In this document: piece by piece, positions 25,601 through 38,387 of the stretch | Numbering within the stretch: position 1 is the stretch's first letter | Layout: every line of letters starts with the position of its first letter | Source: Mytilus californianus | Taxonomy: Eukaryota | Direction of reading: 5' to 3' | DNA length: 64,000 bases | Assembly: GCF_021869535.1 (NCBI RefSeq) | Contig: NW_026262745.1 | Location: 58,528,001-58,592,000, forward strand | Position numbers and translations under genes: made by a program | Notes under the pieces: model-generated | Database searches by the model: none | Told to the model about the DNA's origin: nothing | What the model saw: the letters and a program-made list of their open reading frames with translations, nothing else

Positions 25601-26600
25601 AAAAGGCAATACTGCCGCGTACTGTAACACAATAACTTACAGAAGGCAGTTCTGCCGCTTACTGAAACAAAATAACGTACAAAAGGCAATACTGTCGCTT
25701 ACTGTAACAAAATAATGTACAAAAGGCAATACTGCCGCTTACTGTAACAAAATAAAATACAAAAGACCAAAAACAAACACGCATGCAGTGCACAACAACA
25801 ATATAGTTCTGCCAGAAGAAAACTGTTTTTTCCTCAACAATGTTATTTCTCATATCAATTATCATAATGCAAAATGCATATATCATATTTAATCTATTTA
25901 TATAGATATCTTAAAATATCATGTCGTCAGTGGGTCTACATACGCTGCAGATCTTAAGGATGGACAAAAAGTAACAACTCTGGCCGGAAGTGCTTTTACA
26001 GTTATGAAAGCGGGCACATGTGAGTATTAGGCATACGAACTAGTGAAGGAAATACACGGATGATTTTGATTACATGAGGGTCAGATGGGAATTTTCGTTT
26101 GTGTATTTTTTAATTTTGTAGGCCATTATTCCCTAATCTTTATATTTTAGCATCCCATTATTCTCTATTTTTTATTTTCTTTTGTATATTTTTCTCTATT
26201 CTTTAAATCCCACCCAGAACCTCATACATGTATATATATATGTATATTTCGAGAAATGCATATGATTAACCTATGATTAACAAAATACGAAAATTAAAGA
26301 CTACACTTTTTTTTTACCGACACAATCATGGTAACAAAACACGTATATATAATTTGTAAAACGTTCGAATTCGCCCGAAATAACTTTTGTTTTTATCTTT
26401 AAATAGTTTAATTTTTTGTTTAAAAATCAATTGATATATTTTCGTGATACTCCAAAAAAAACCGAACCTGTTATGGAAGAATGCTTTTATATTTTTCAGC
26501 CGTCACTATTGACCACGCCCACGTTACACAGCCAGACATTCCCGTTCTCAATGGTGTTATACATGTTATTGACGGCGTACTTGTTCCAAGCACATTTTGA
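19675..26600 (+). CDS. Secreted two-FAS1 (fasciclin) domain protein, paralog A (296 aa, TGFBI/sym32-like)
   Basis: Exons 19675-19843, 22477-22688, 23620-23815, 25049-25147, 25906-26019, 26500-26600 (891 nt, phases 1,0,1,1,1). Signal peptide MNVTMRSLYVCAVFLSSLSCSFG. H1 motifs GPFTAFIPTDAAF and GPFTLFAPTDAAF, YH motif ILKYHVV, H2 motifs SNGVVQGIDFVF and LNGVIHVIDGVLVP. Confidence 0.93.
23250..23595. repeat. CGAT/ATCG-rich degenerate repeat in intron 2 of gene A
   Basis: Dense CGAT/ATCG words (e.g. TTACGATC, TAATCGATCACGATCGG, AATCGATCGCGATCGATT) in otherwise CpG-poor DNA. Confidence 0.5.
25457..25766 (+). repeat. Minisatellite, 40-bp unit x ~7.7
   Basis: GCTTACTGTAACAAAATAACGTACAAAAGGCAATACTGCC units start every 40 nt from 25457 to 25737, in intron 4 of gene A. 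Confidence 0.95.
26074..26225. mobile_element. MITE family with ATGAGGGT..ACC(C)TCAT ends and TTTCTCTATT subrepeats
   Basis: Imperfect inverted ends. Related copies at about 21065-21290, 27663-27892, 55250-55488 and 57988-58245. Confidence 0.5.
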
Positions 26601-26794
26601 TATTAAAATATGTTATATAATATTTCTAACTTTTTCTTTGTTTGATTATGTTTAAGAGCCAATTTTGTTTAATTATTATACAAGTTTATATATTATGTCA
26701 GTTTTACAAACAAAAACAAAAACATTGCAAAGTATGGAACACCGAATCCGCCGGAGCAAACCGCCGATATACTTGAATGTATACCATATGAACA

Positions 26795-27072
26795 GATAGA
26801 GAATCAGGAACCTGATGTTCAGTGGTTGTCGTTTGTTGATGTAGTTCATGAGTGTTTCTCGTTTCTCGTATTCTATACAGATTAGACCGTTGGTTTTCCT
26901 GTTTGAATGGTTTTACACTAGTCATTTTGGGGCCCTTTATAGCTTGCTGTTCGGTGTGAGCCAGGCTCCGTGTTGAAGGCCGTACTTTGACCTATAACGG
27001 TTTACTTTTACAAATAGTGACTTGGATGGAGAATTGTCTCATTGGCACTCATACCACAACTTCTTATATCTA
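26795..27072 (-). mobile_element. Abundant interspersed repeat (CCAATGAGACAACT family)
   Basis: Near-identical to 34520-34790. Partial copies at about 5563-5640, 13915-14045, 17258-17395, 20120-20220, 20690-20790, 44290-44430, 47765-47795, 50260-50360 and 54672-54705. Confidence 0.8.
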
Positions 27073-29139
27073 ATTATCATATTTTTTAATGATAAGAGAC
27101 GTGATCGAGGACCCTCATATGTCATATGTTAAAACCGACTTCACTTTTTCCTGTTCATGTAAAATGTATCTATCTAGCACTCAAGCACTCTTCCACTGAA
27201 GTCCCATATACTGATAAATGCATTTCATTTGAGAGATAGTCTCTCCTGATAATTTTACAACAATAAAAACTTTTTCAAACAACTAATATTAAACAGTTAA
27301 ACAATGAGATGCATTAAATACCTGTAAAACGTCTTTAACATAATCTTTGTATCTTGATTAAGTTTCATTTCCTTGCTGATATATATATATATAAATATAC
27401 ATTTCTGTAATGGCCCATGTTAGACCTAAAAATTTGCGTACAATTGTACAACTGCTCAGACAACCAAAACGTCAAACGTAGAAGCGAATAAGAAAGTTCT
27501 GCAGTTGAATACCAGAAGTGGTCATGAATATGCTGGAATAGGTCATGAATATGCTGGAATAGAACATATATTCGTGCAATTTTCATGATAACATCTAATG
27601 ACTAATTTGTTATTTTCAAGTGCAGTTATGTCGTCGAAACTCACATATATGCCAGTACACATGGTTGTGGGTCTAGATTTGGGATATGCTCATTTCTGTA
27701 TTCTTTAATTTTCAAGACCACCTTTTTCTCTTCCTTATGTTTGTTTTGTGTTTTCATTTTTCATTTTAGCACCCTAATATTCTCTATTTTTATTTTTTGT
27801 ATCCTGTTTTCTCTATTTTTTTTTATTATTTTCCATTATTATCATTTTTTTACCCATTATTTTCTATTATGTTGATCCCATCTAGACCCTCATAGTGGTC
27901 TGACAATGATCACAGAGAAATTGTATCAAGAAAACACCAAAACAAAAAACAAGAACAACACTCCAAAAACAGTGAAAAATGCAGTTTTCGGAAAACCAAA
28001 TACCACAAAACAAAGAGCAAGTTTAGATGCACTTGAATGGTATATATGTATTCATATCCTGCTCCACGTATGCATCCATAACTTCTGTTATTGCCTTGGC
28101 TGCATTACACCAGTTAATTTCTAATGAGTGTATTTGGTTGCGATAACGTATTGAACAAACCAGGAGACATTCGCCTAGACGTCTCGGAGACCTGCATTGT
28201 GTAATTCATTAATAACTAAAGGAGTTGAGCGTCAAAATTACGCCATGGTTTTATCACAAGTGTCTTTATATTATGATGACGACAATGAAAATAGCATTTT
28301 ATAAATTTTGTGCATTCTCGCTGCTTTTCTGGATTTATCTTCACATGGAACACACAAATTAAAATATTTTAAAGCCAGGGATATATCAATACTTTGAAGA
28401 GCTATATGACCAAAAGGGACCAAAGGACAAGTTTCTAACACTGCCTTTTTTTTGTTTACGAGGTAACATTGTTATATACAAACTCTAAAACAGCGTAGTG
28501 ACTATGAATTTTTAACACCATACGCAAGAATATAGGCTCTATGGTTGCTCATAATGGGAAGTTCACAATTGTGATCACGTTCGTTGAACAGTTTAGTGTT
28601 GAACTTTCCTTTGCTTTTGATTGATTGATAAATGTCTTGGAATGTGTCAACTATATTGTTGTTCTTTCTGTCTTTTTGTGGTGAAGAGTTTTATACCACA
28701 TCTGCGGGACTAAAAACAAAGTATTGAAAAAAAATGATAAAAAATCTTCACCGGAATTCGACCCAACATTTATCTCTATGAAATTGGAGACATATGTTAT
28801 AAGTAGAAATTAAACCTACACTAATGAGTGAAAATGTGTTTCATCTCCTAGGACACATTGGAAACAATGCAACTAGTAAGACATAACACCGGTTTTTATG
28901 TTCTTAAAAACGTAGAGGAGTAGGGAATTTGAGTTTTAGTGTGGGGTCTTCAGATGTGCATCTTAGGCTATAAACATGCCTGCAGTAGCCTCGTGTGACA
29001 AACCAGTCAGTGGATGAAAGTGTTCGTCCCTCTTACTTGAATGCTCAACAGTTACTGCTTTGATGCTGATAGAGAGACAATTATTGTAGGACTTTCCGAT
29101 TTGCTTCTCTCTAACCAGAACTTCGATCATGTTTTACTT

Positions 29140-29433
29140 AAGGAATGATTGTAATATTTTTTCTGTCTATGAAGAAATAACATAAAAAATATGGTGCACA
29201 CTGAATAACCGGCGTAGCGGGTTATTTAAAAGTGTGCACCACATTTTTTATGTTATTTCGAATAGACCGAAAAAATATTAAAGTCATTTCTTATAATTTA
29301 ATTCTAAAAAGGAGTAAATCATGATAAAAACGTTGATGACGTCGCAGTCACATGACAAAATTATGTCTATGAGCTGATAGACAAAACACTTTCAGCCAAT
29401 CAGAAGACGTGTTACATCCAAAATTAAATTATT
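29140..29433 (+). mobile_element. Second copy of the palindrome-containing element at 2573-2875
   Basis: Shares TTTTTCTGTCTATGAAGAAATAAC..GGTTATTTAAAAGTGTGCA..TTCAGCCAATCAGAAGACGTGTTACATCCAAAATTAAATTATT. Confidence 0.75.
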
Positions 29434-30018
29434 TCAAATTGTGAAAAAAGAATACGTCGAAATGTCGATTTTATATTGAAACAGTTGGAAGCACAACACA
29501 ACAGCCAGCATGATTTTAGATCGTCTTTGGCATCAAAACAATGTGACGTCATAGGTATACTTCCAATGTCAAACATAAACACTAGACGTATTTATACTTT
29601 TCGTACGCTTATGAATGTTTCAATAGACAAAAAGTAAATTTTGAGGCACAAAATATGACTTTTTTGTTTATTTTTTTTGAGAAATAACATACCAAAAAAA
29701 AAACCGGAATTCAAAATGGTGGCTTTCCTTAGTTACGGACTGGTAGAACGTGGAATCTAACTCTTCAAAATATTTGTCAACGTCCGGTTATTGGTGGGGA
29801 TCGTGTTGCTTAATCATTAGTTAGCTATGTTGTGTTTTGTGTACTGTTGTTTTTTTTTTTTGTTTGTCGTTTTTCGTTTATTGCCATATGCATTGTCAGT
29901 TTGTTTTTTGACTTATCAGTTTAACTATCCAATGGTATCTTTCGCCTCTCTTTAAATATATGAATGTGGAAAAATAAATTCGAAAAATAGATAAATAAAC
30001 ATTTTATTCATAACGTAA

Positions 30019-33000
30019 TTACAAATTCATTATTTGTGTTCTCAATGAGCTTGGAATGAGCACGTGGTTAATCATGTGGACGACTCCATTGGTGGCGCTG
30101 ATATCTGGTTTGATGACGCTTGTTGTTCCATCAACATGGACAGTTGTACCTAAAAGAAAAACAAAAATTCAGAATTTAAAGGACTATGGGTAATTTGTGT
30201 TGTTCCTACCCAAAATTAAAATAACGTCACGTGACTCACGTCATTGCTTAAATTTCCATTTTTTAGAACGTTTTTGACCAATCACGACAAATTGGTGTAC
30301 CCTTTTAAAAACATAACCTAGAATGTATTAGATTTTGAAAGTGAAAATTCCACGCAGTGAAAGGTATTCAAAAGTTTGTGAGCAACAACATAAAATGCAC
30401 TTATACAGATCCTCCAAAACTTTACAACGATAACATTGCCCGATTCTGTTTCAACCTTGATTTGAATAAAAATTACATATTTCAAACTGCACATCTCTAA
30501 TCTTAAATACCATTTAACTCATTCAAATATCTAGGGATATGTCATATGTCTGCTTGGCGGATAGTAACCTTAGACAGAGTAAACCGGTCAGTGGTACTGA
30601 CCTAGTTGTAAGCAATGAAGGGCACCATACATGTAATATTTGACCCGGACGTTCAGCATATATCATCATTATCATCCCCAAAGCTGCCAAAGAGTCTCTT
30701 AATCTTGCTACTGAGCAATTCTAATTTTAAAGGAAAATAATTTCGGAATCCACCCCATCCCTAGGAAACGTAATCGTGCGTGGCTCAGACTAAAAGAGGT
30801 ATGGTTTACGCTGTGAAGGTTGTTTTGGAATTTTCTCTTATAGACATAAACGCCAATTACTTGTAAATTCATGTTACATGCACTTTTAAATTTTGAAATA
30901 TCCCAAAAGTAGAATGTTCTTCCTAATCATTTTTTCCATCCACCTTAAGATAACCTCCATATGGAGTATGCTATATGGGACATTTAAAGCAGCAAAGGAT
31001 CCATGTTCCGTTGTTTATATACATGTACATTTGTTATTTAGCAAACACCATGCATATCCAAACAAAATCTAATGAACTTTGTCATCAAACAGTGGCGGAT
31101 CCGGGGTGGGGGGGGGGGGGGGGGGGGGGGGGGTTCCGGGGGTTGGAACCCCCTATATTTTGACGATCAATGCTTTTGAATGGGGAGATATGGTTGGAGG
31201 TTGGAACCCCCCTTCCTTTAAAAATGGCTTGATCCGCCCCTGACAAATGATTGAAAATGTCACTGCAACTAACCCGAACAATACAAACAGATAGACAAGC
31301 ACGGGGCACGTCGAGATGAATATTTATTTACTTGGCAGGACATAATCTATGTATAGATTAAGTGATCTAGGATATCTGAATAATAATTTTGATAAACCAA
31401 CAATCCAGAAAGAGTGAAACCGTGAAGTTGTGCACATACCAGAAGTTAATATTAAATACAGCATATACACTTGAAACATATAAAAGTATACACTATTATG
31501 CCCGCGTTTGTTCAGTTTACAATCTAGTACTTACCAAAGAATGAAGCTGAAATTCGCTCACGATCTGCTTCTTCTAAAGTGTGGAGGGAACCTGAGTGTA
31601 AACCGTCCTTGTAAATTGTTCCAGGTATAACATGATACAATAAGACCTCTAAAACGATACGTTATTGTCATAAAGTAGAGACGATATATCTTTTTCCATT
31701 AAAAAGATTGTTTCTTTGGTTTTTTGCTATAATTTTTTGGGGGATTTTTTTTCTGATTTCGTTTCTGTTCATTTGTTTGTTTTTATCAATATCTTTTTGA
31801 TGTTTGGTTTCGTCTTTTGCAAAATGGTTTCTTGTAATTTGACATGTATCGATTTGCTTAAGAATAAAAACATTCCGATTGTGTATGAATCATTTATTAA
31901 ATCTAATGAAAATAGCGTTTTTTTGGAACGGACAGAAATGTTAACTCAATAATATATACCAACTGTTATAGCTAGCTGGTTACGGGATAAAGTTATTCTA
32001 AATATATCTGCATATGTATGCTAGAATAACAAACAATATGTGTTGATCATTAGATATATATTTTTCAATATTTTAATACATTGACTTTTAATGTAAATTA
32101 TGTATTTTATCTTCTTTTCTCAATTCTAACGTCAGAGGAGTAATTTAAATGTTGCAGAATTTATTTTACAAGTGAAATGTTTTTTTTTTTGTACTTGGAA
32201 ATCACGCTATTACAAAAAACAATAATATGCATCTTTAATCAGATAATGTACTTTCAAGTGTATTTTTCAAACACATAGTAAGATGTTTTTCTAGTATACT
32301 TTATACACAAGTACATTTTATATATTGAATAGAAAAGGCATTTTTAAACGCATTTTATCAACTATTTGTTAGTTATTTTGTTAGCGATACATGAATGATT
32401 ACTACGGCTGTGGATTACATCTGTAATAAGAAATTTGAAAAAAATATGTGTTGTAAAGAGACGAAATGATCGAAATTTTTATTTATTAACAAATTCAGGA
32501 CCGGATCGCGCAACTTTTGGAAAAGACATACCTTGAGATAGTTTGGTATAGTTTCCTATCCTTATATGAACCTGTCAATTAACTATGAAATAAGTTTCAA
32601 AAGGTACTACCTTTACGAAAATATATTTTACTGAACAGGACACTCATTTAAAGTGTTTATGTATTTAAGAGTGACTTCAACTTTTTTTATTGTCCAGGTT
32701 CTCTTTGTTAATGAAGTACTCTCAGACTGAAACTACATATATTATACATGCAGGTTGAAGCAAATTGACTTACATTTGGTAGATCTGGTGTTATAGCATA
32801 CTTAATCATAATACAAAATATAACGAAACTTACTCTTCAGGAGATCTGGGTTAGCCAGAAGCTTGTTAACTTTGTCTCCCAAAGCTGCAAAGGCATCATT
32901 GGAAGGTGCCATCAGAGTGAAAGGACCTGCTGCAAAATAGTAAACATTTTTGTGACTTATTCGTTTGTGACGTTTCCGCCTGATTTTTTCCGGTATAAAA

Positions 33001-36000
33001 AAATATTGCCCCGATCAGACTCGACAAATTTTACAGGTGGGGGGGGGGGGGGGGGCTAGGATGCAAAATTGTATCCTGCACATTTCCTTTAGTTGTAATT
33101 TCTGTCCTGCCTTTTTAATTTTCACTCTATTCGGTCCTGCCTTTTTTTTTTACATAAATTGTCATCCTGCCTTTTTTTTTAACTCAAAACTCCTGTCCTG
33201 CCTTTTTTTCAAATTTGATCATCTTGACTTGTGACTTACAATGCGGTATTGGTTTTTCTCACTGTCAAAGATCGTACTGTGATGCGCAGCTGATTACATC
33301 CTTTTCCTTTGGTCTTTGGTGGATACTTGTCTCGTAGGCGTTCATATCGCATTTCCGTATTTCAATATAGTTATAGATTAAACAGGATATTTCTTTATAT
33401 ATTTATCATAATTATATATTATTGTATATTTCTATTATCTATGTAGCGCCCATCGTTGACTTGTAATTTATTAGATAAGACCTATTTTTTTTGTTTATTT
33501 ATCACATTTTCGATATTTCTATCATTTAGGGAGCTACCATTTGATTTTTTATGGGAGGGGGGGGGGGGGGGATTAGGATGAAATATTTTGTCCTGCATTT
33601 TTTTAAGTTGTAATCTCTGTCCTGACTTTCTATTTTTCCCTCTATTCGGTCCTGCCTTTTTTTAAAAAGTTTATCCTGACTTTTTTTTACCTAAATTGTC
33701 ATCCTGACTTTTTTTTTGTAAGCGTCTCATCCTGCCTTTTTTTTTAACTCAAAACTCCTGTCCTGCCTATTTTTTTCAAATTTCATCTTAGCAACACCCC
33801 CCCCCCCCCATAAAAATCAAATGGTAGCTCCCTTATTTGACAACCAACTTGTTTGATTTGTGAAACAATATGCACTGTGATTAATTATACCCCCGCTCAA
33901 TGGTGTTAACTCTATTTTGAAGTAAATACGAAAAATGCCCATGACATATATAAAGATATTTCCGCAAAAAGGAAAAAGAATACCGAAGGAAATAAATCGT
34001 GTGATACTGTATGGGATATATTCAGACGAAGCTTGGTGCCAAACATCAAGAAGCTATGGCGTGTAGTTGCTAAAAAAAAACATGTGACGAAAGTTTCATA
34101 AGAGCGCATGATATTTTTAAGCTGTGAATGTTTGGCAAACAGGAAGTAGAACATCGAGGATACGGAAAACGTGCCAAACATCCGGAGGCTATGGAGTGTA
34201 ATTGCTGAGATATAAAATGTGACGAAAGTTTCATATGTGTGCATAATATATTTAAGCTGTAATGTCTTTGCAAACAGGAAGTAGAACATCGAGGATGCGC
34301 AAAACGTGTTTCGCGGTATTGCATAACCAGATGAAGATAAGTGTCATACATAAGGTATTGTGTGTTAATTTATGTTTTTTGATTGAGTTAAGCCTTCCAA
34401 TTGATATTTTATAGTGTGTTTTTCTATGTTGTGATGTTATACTATTGTTTCAGAAAAGGGAGAAGGTTTGGTACCATTAAAACGTTTAATCCCGCTGCAA
34501 ATGTTTGCACCTGTCCTAAGTCAGGAATCTGATTATAGTAGTTGTCGTCTGTTTATGTAGTTCATACGTGTGACTTGTTTCTCGTTTTTATATAGATTAG
34601 ACCGTTGGTTTTTCCGTTTGAATGGTTTTACACTAGTATTTTTTTGGGGCCCTTTATAGCTTGCTGTTCGGTGTGAGCCAATGCTCCGTGTTGAAGGCCG
34701 TACCTTGACCTATAATGGTTTACTTTTATAAATTGTAACTTGGATGGAGAGTTGTCTCATTGGCACTCATACCACATCTTCCTATATCTAGATATAAAAT
34801 GTAGTGAACACGACATTGCGTTACGGACATACAGACAGAGGTGAACACCTGTGGCGTGTCCTCTTTGTAGCCGGGATATAAAAAGGAGAACCACCGTAGT
34901 TGTAATCGGGGTTATGCTAGTTTACCATAAATATATTTTATCTGACTTTTATTGGTTAAAATCTTAAGAGAATGATCTTTCAAGAATGAATCAGGCTACA
35001 TGTACGTTTGGTTTGCAGTGGTTTACAGGCTTTACATGCTTCAGAGAAGTTTGAGTTATTTACAAAACGGACGTAAAGTAATTCAAAACCATCCAGGAGC
35101 TACATATTTCGAAAATACTAACCTTGCAGGTTCTCGACAAGCCCAGCGGCCTTAGCTGCAGCTACAAGTGTGGAGAAGTTCCCATCAGCTGTCAAAACAT
35201 CAACAATACTTCCTGCTGGTGGCATCATGACGTCATGGACAATATGAACGACACCATTACTGGCCATTATGTCTGATCTAAGAATTCTAGAACCTTCAGC
35301 TGTTACATGTCTCTGGATGACAAAATATGCATGTTATATATTAAAGAGAGTAAAAAAATGCGTGACAGGATATGCACCTTTCCCAAATCCCGCCTTTTTG
35401 TAATTTTTTCTCACTTTTTTTTTCCAGATCCTACATTTTTTACCCTCTTTATCCCATATTCCCACTTTTTTACCTCCTATATTCTTCTTAAGGTGGTACA
35501 TAACACTTCAGTGAGATAACTCTGTAAAAGTCAGTTGAACGTTTTAATCACGTTCTATTGTTAAGGAAATATTTAAGCTTCTCAATGATCAAAAATAGTG
35601 GCTTGTCAAACTGCTATTTATCCAATGAAATTTATCCGATAAAATGTGTGGTTCAAGTTTTTTTCAAATTTTGATATTTTTGTCAAAGGGTCAAAGTTAA
35701 TATTTTGTCAAAATTTTATGAAAATTAAACGAGCCAAATTAATTTTAGTCAAGGTGTTTGGTACCACCTTAATCCCAAAAGCGTGTGAACCCCTCATATA
35801 TCTGTTTACATTTTGTTGAACATAGAGATATTTACGCGAAATTTCTGTTGACTCCGAAGCACATGACTAATGCAACTTGAAGGCTTAAGGATGTTCGCTC
35901 CTCTTGTTTTTGAATTTTTGCCAGATTTTCGGAATTCTCTTGTCTTATCCATGCAAATAATTTTGTCCACTAACCCCTACTTTTCTTTTCATAATTTTAT

Positions 36001-38387
36001 TACATTTAGTTTAAAAAGCCATATTTGAAAATCTTATAAAATCCTTATTATTTTTTCATTGTTTTTGAAAGAAAAAAGGTGTCAATGTTAAATGTATGAA
36101 AAATCTAGAGAGAATCATTTCCTGCCAAATTTTCAAAGGCTTATGATTCGAAAACAAGCACACGGACCCATAACTTTTTTCTGCTTTTTTAGTTCCTTCA
36201 TTCATATACTATCAGTTCATAACAGTCTTTTAAAAAGCTTGTTATTCTGAAACAGAGTAGCGAACATCCTTAACATACACTTGACTACGATGGTCAAAAA
36301 TAGTTTAACGCTTCTTAAACAAATAAATGACATTATTATCCTTAATTTTGAAAAGCATGCAACAGTTGCCTCTTGTTTATTTTTTTCAATGATCATTCAA
36401 AATTTGAATAAACTCACCCTTGCTGTAAAATAATAGTTGATTCTGATTTTGGTTCCTGCCAAACTGTCTAGTTGGAGTTCATTAACATGAAGATCTTTCA
36501 GTTTGTATATACCATTGACAACGTGGTATTTGAGTGTTTCAGCTAGTGTGTTCGGGTCCTTCTTGAGGGCTGTAAGAGTATCATTTCCAAGTCTGGTGAA
36601 GGCATAGTCGTATGGTGCAAAAACTGTGAATGGACCTAAAAAAAGAAATAGTTATATTTATAGATATTATAAATATATGTTAGCCTAGTTGGTCGAGTGG
36701 TTTAGGGCGCTGGACAATAATAAATAAATGTCCAAGAAATCAAGGCTCGATCTATCTATTTTCTGTTAATGTCGATCAATTTTACACGGTACAATCTTTT
36801 TGATAAATACTTTTAATATAGAACTTTTATATATATACGATTTAAGTGATCACAAATTAAAATATTATTTTTATAGGTCATAGAAACTTTAACCGATGAT
36901 CATTTTGTAATATCATATTAAAAGGGGTAGCTCTTATTTTCAGTTTTGGTGTGTGTAAAGAATACACGTTAATATATTTGAACTGAATTACTAAATCAAT
37001 ATACTGAAAATGTATTTTACTATTTTATAAACAAGCAAGGATAATGAATGTTTAATAAGTTATTATGGATTTTGTCCTATTCACTTTTTATTGTAAATAA
37101 AATGTTTTCAAATAATAAAAATACACGTTACAGTTGTACAATGCCCTTTCGTCACTTGAAATTTGCTTGCTGTTCAGAAAAGCGAATGATCAATGCCGAC
37201 AGAGAGTGAATATCAAGAATCACAAGTCGGTACGTAGGATGTTCGCTTGTCATGTCAGCCATCTTGCTTTTATTATTTTTGTCGATTTCATAACATTTCT
37301 AAAAGGATTTTGACAGTGAAATCATCTGTATATAAAGTACAAAAAATGTATATGAAAATATCAAGAAACTAATAATTGAAAATGAATAACACCAGTTCCC
37401 GCATTTAAAAAAAAATATTCGCATACCTAAAATAAAAACAAGCGCAAAGACATAAGTGTGTTATTGCTTAGTAATATGAGCCAGGTGTTAATACTTATTA
37501 TTTTTGGTAATCAGATAAACAAATTTGCAGAAAATCTTATGCTCTAAAAGATGACAGCCTCAAACCACCATGATAGTAATGTGCTACTGCATATATTTAA
37601 AAAAAAAGTTTACAATGTTTTATTCACTAGTATATAGATTTGTAAAACGATTTTGATTTGTATTGATTTTTCAAATGCCTTTCATTTTAAAACAACTAAT
37701 TTAGAATCCTGTTACTTGAACTACACCGGTAAAAATTGTTTAAGGTAGATGGGGTGTTTAAATGCACGGCTATATATTTGTCTTGAACTTTTGAGTCAAC
37801 GTACTTTCAAATTTCAATACAAAAAACTGGGAGTTACGGACCTTGTTTTTTGCCGGTGAAATACATTGGAATTTACGAAATCAAAGTTATATTGTATATG
37901 GGATATATAGGGGAAACTTAATGTTTCCTTATTGAGGTCACGGGCCTTGAATTCTTGAGAAATCAAAAAAATTGTCCTTCAAAATTTATCATAATTATCT
38001 TTCCTTGCTTTTAAAAGGATTGTTTCCTGAAAATTTTGAATACACTTAATTCTTTTATAGTTTAATCTTTTAATTTTAAGGTTTAGATGGTTCTGTTGTA
38101 TATTGAATGATACTTGGTAAAATATCGTTAAACCAAAAAAAAATTTTGCGACAAGCACAGAAGGGATGAAAAAAAAGACACCCGATCTACCTTAAGCGGA
38201 GGTATTCTTATTTTACAACATTACCTCCTTGGCTCAAAACATCTGCTAATCCAGCTGTCTTCACCAAATCGACTAGAATTGATTCTGAGGTACGCCCCGC
38301 AAGTACAGAAACAATATCATTGGTGGCAGGGGTCGTAGACGCCAGACAAAGAGGGATAAATACTGACAGGAGTATTACTTTCAACAT
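30019..38387 (-). CDS. Secreted two-FAS1 domain protein, paralog B (303 aa)
   Basis: Minus-strand exons 38387-38225, 36635-36418, 35312-35123, 32929-32834, 31648-31535, 30149-30019 (912 nt, phases 1,0,1,1,1). Signal peptide MLKVILLSVFIPLCLA. Motifs GPFTVFAPYDYAF, TLKYHVV, SNGVVHIVHDVMMPP, GPFTLMAPSNDAF, VLLYHVIPG and TNGVVHMINHVLIP. Confidence 0.93.
31090..31242. mobile_element. hAT-like MITE with poly-G tract (CAG(G/T)GGCGGATC ends)
   Basis: Ends CAGTGGCGGATC and GATCCGCCCCTG. Relatives at 48861-49038 and 57684-57848. No TSD was recognised, so the superfamily is tentative. Confidence 0.55.
33529..33832. mobile_element. PIF/Harbinger-like MITE
   Basis: TIRs GGGAGCTACCATTTGATTTTTATGGG / CCCATAAAAATCAAATGGTAGCTCCC with a TTA TSD (33526-33528, 33833-33835) and internal TCCTG(C/A)CTTTTT subrepeats. 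Truncated relatives at about 33040-33230 and 59540-59725. Confidence 0.85.
34430..34790 (-). mobile_element. Longer copy of the CCAATGAGACAACT repeat family
   Basis: 34520-34790 aligns by eye with 26795-27072. Confidence 0.75.
35492..35768. mobile_element. Kolobok-like MITE (TTAA TSD, GG..CC ends)
   Basis: TTAA|GGTGGTAC ... GTACCACC|TTAA. Confidence 0.7.
35889..36269. mobile_element. Kolobok-like MITE (TTAA TSD)
   Basis: TTAA|GGATGTTCGCT ... AGCGAACATCC|TTAA. Confidence 0.75.
37744..38191. mobile_element. Kolobok-like MITE (TTAA TSD)
   Basis: TTAA|GGTAGATGGGGTGT ... ACACCCGATCTACC|TTAA, ending about 30 nt from the exon-1 donor of gene B. Confidence 0.75.

Noticed and set aside
25457-25766. 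CRISPR-like regular 40-bp repeats with a palindrome
   Set aside because: The units are contiguous with no unique spacers, no cas genes are present, and the context is a eukaryotic intron.
28760-29130. Short minus-strand ORF (about 55 aa) between genes A and B
   Set aside because: It has no splice context, domain motif or homology that I recognise.
36668-36712. tRNA-like A-box (AGTTGGTCGAGTGG)
   Set aside because: There is no cloverleaf or complete 3' half; it is consistent with a SINE head remnant, not a tRNA gene.
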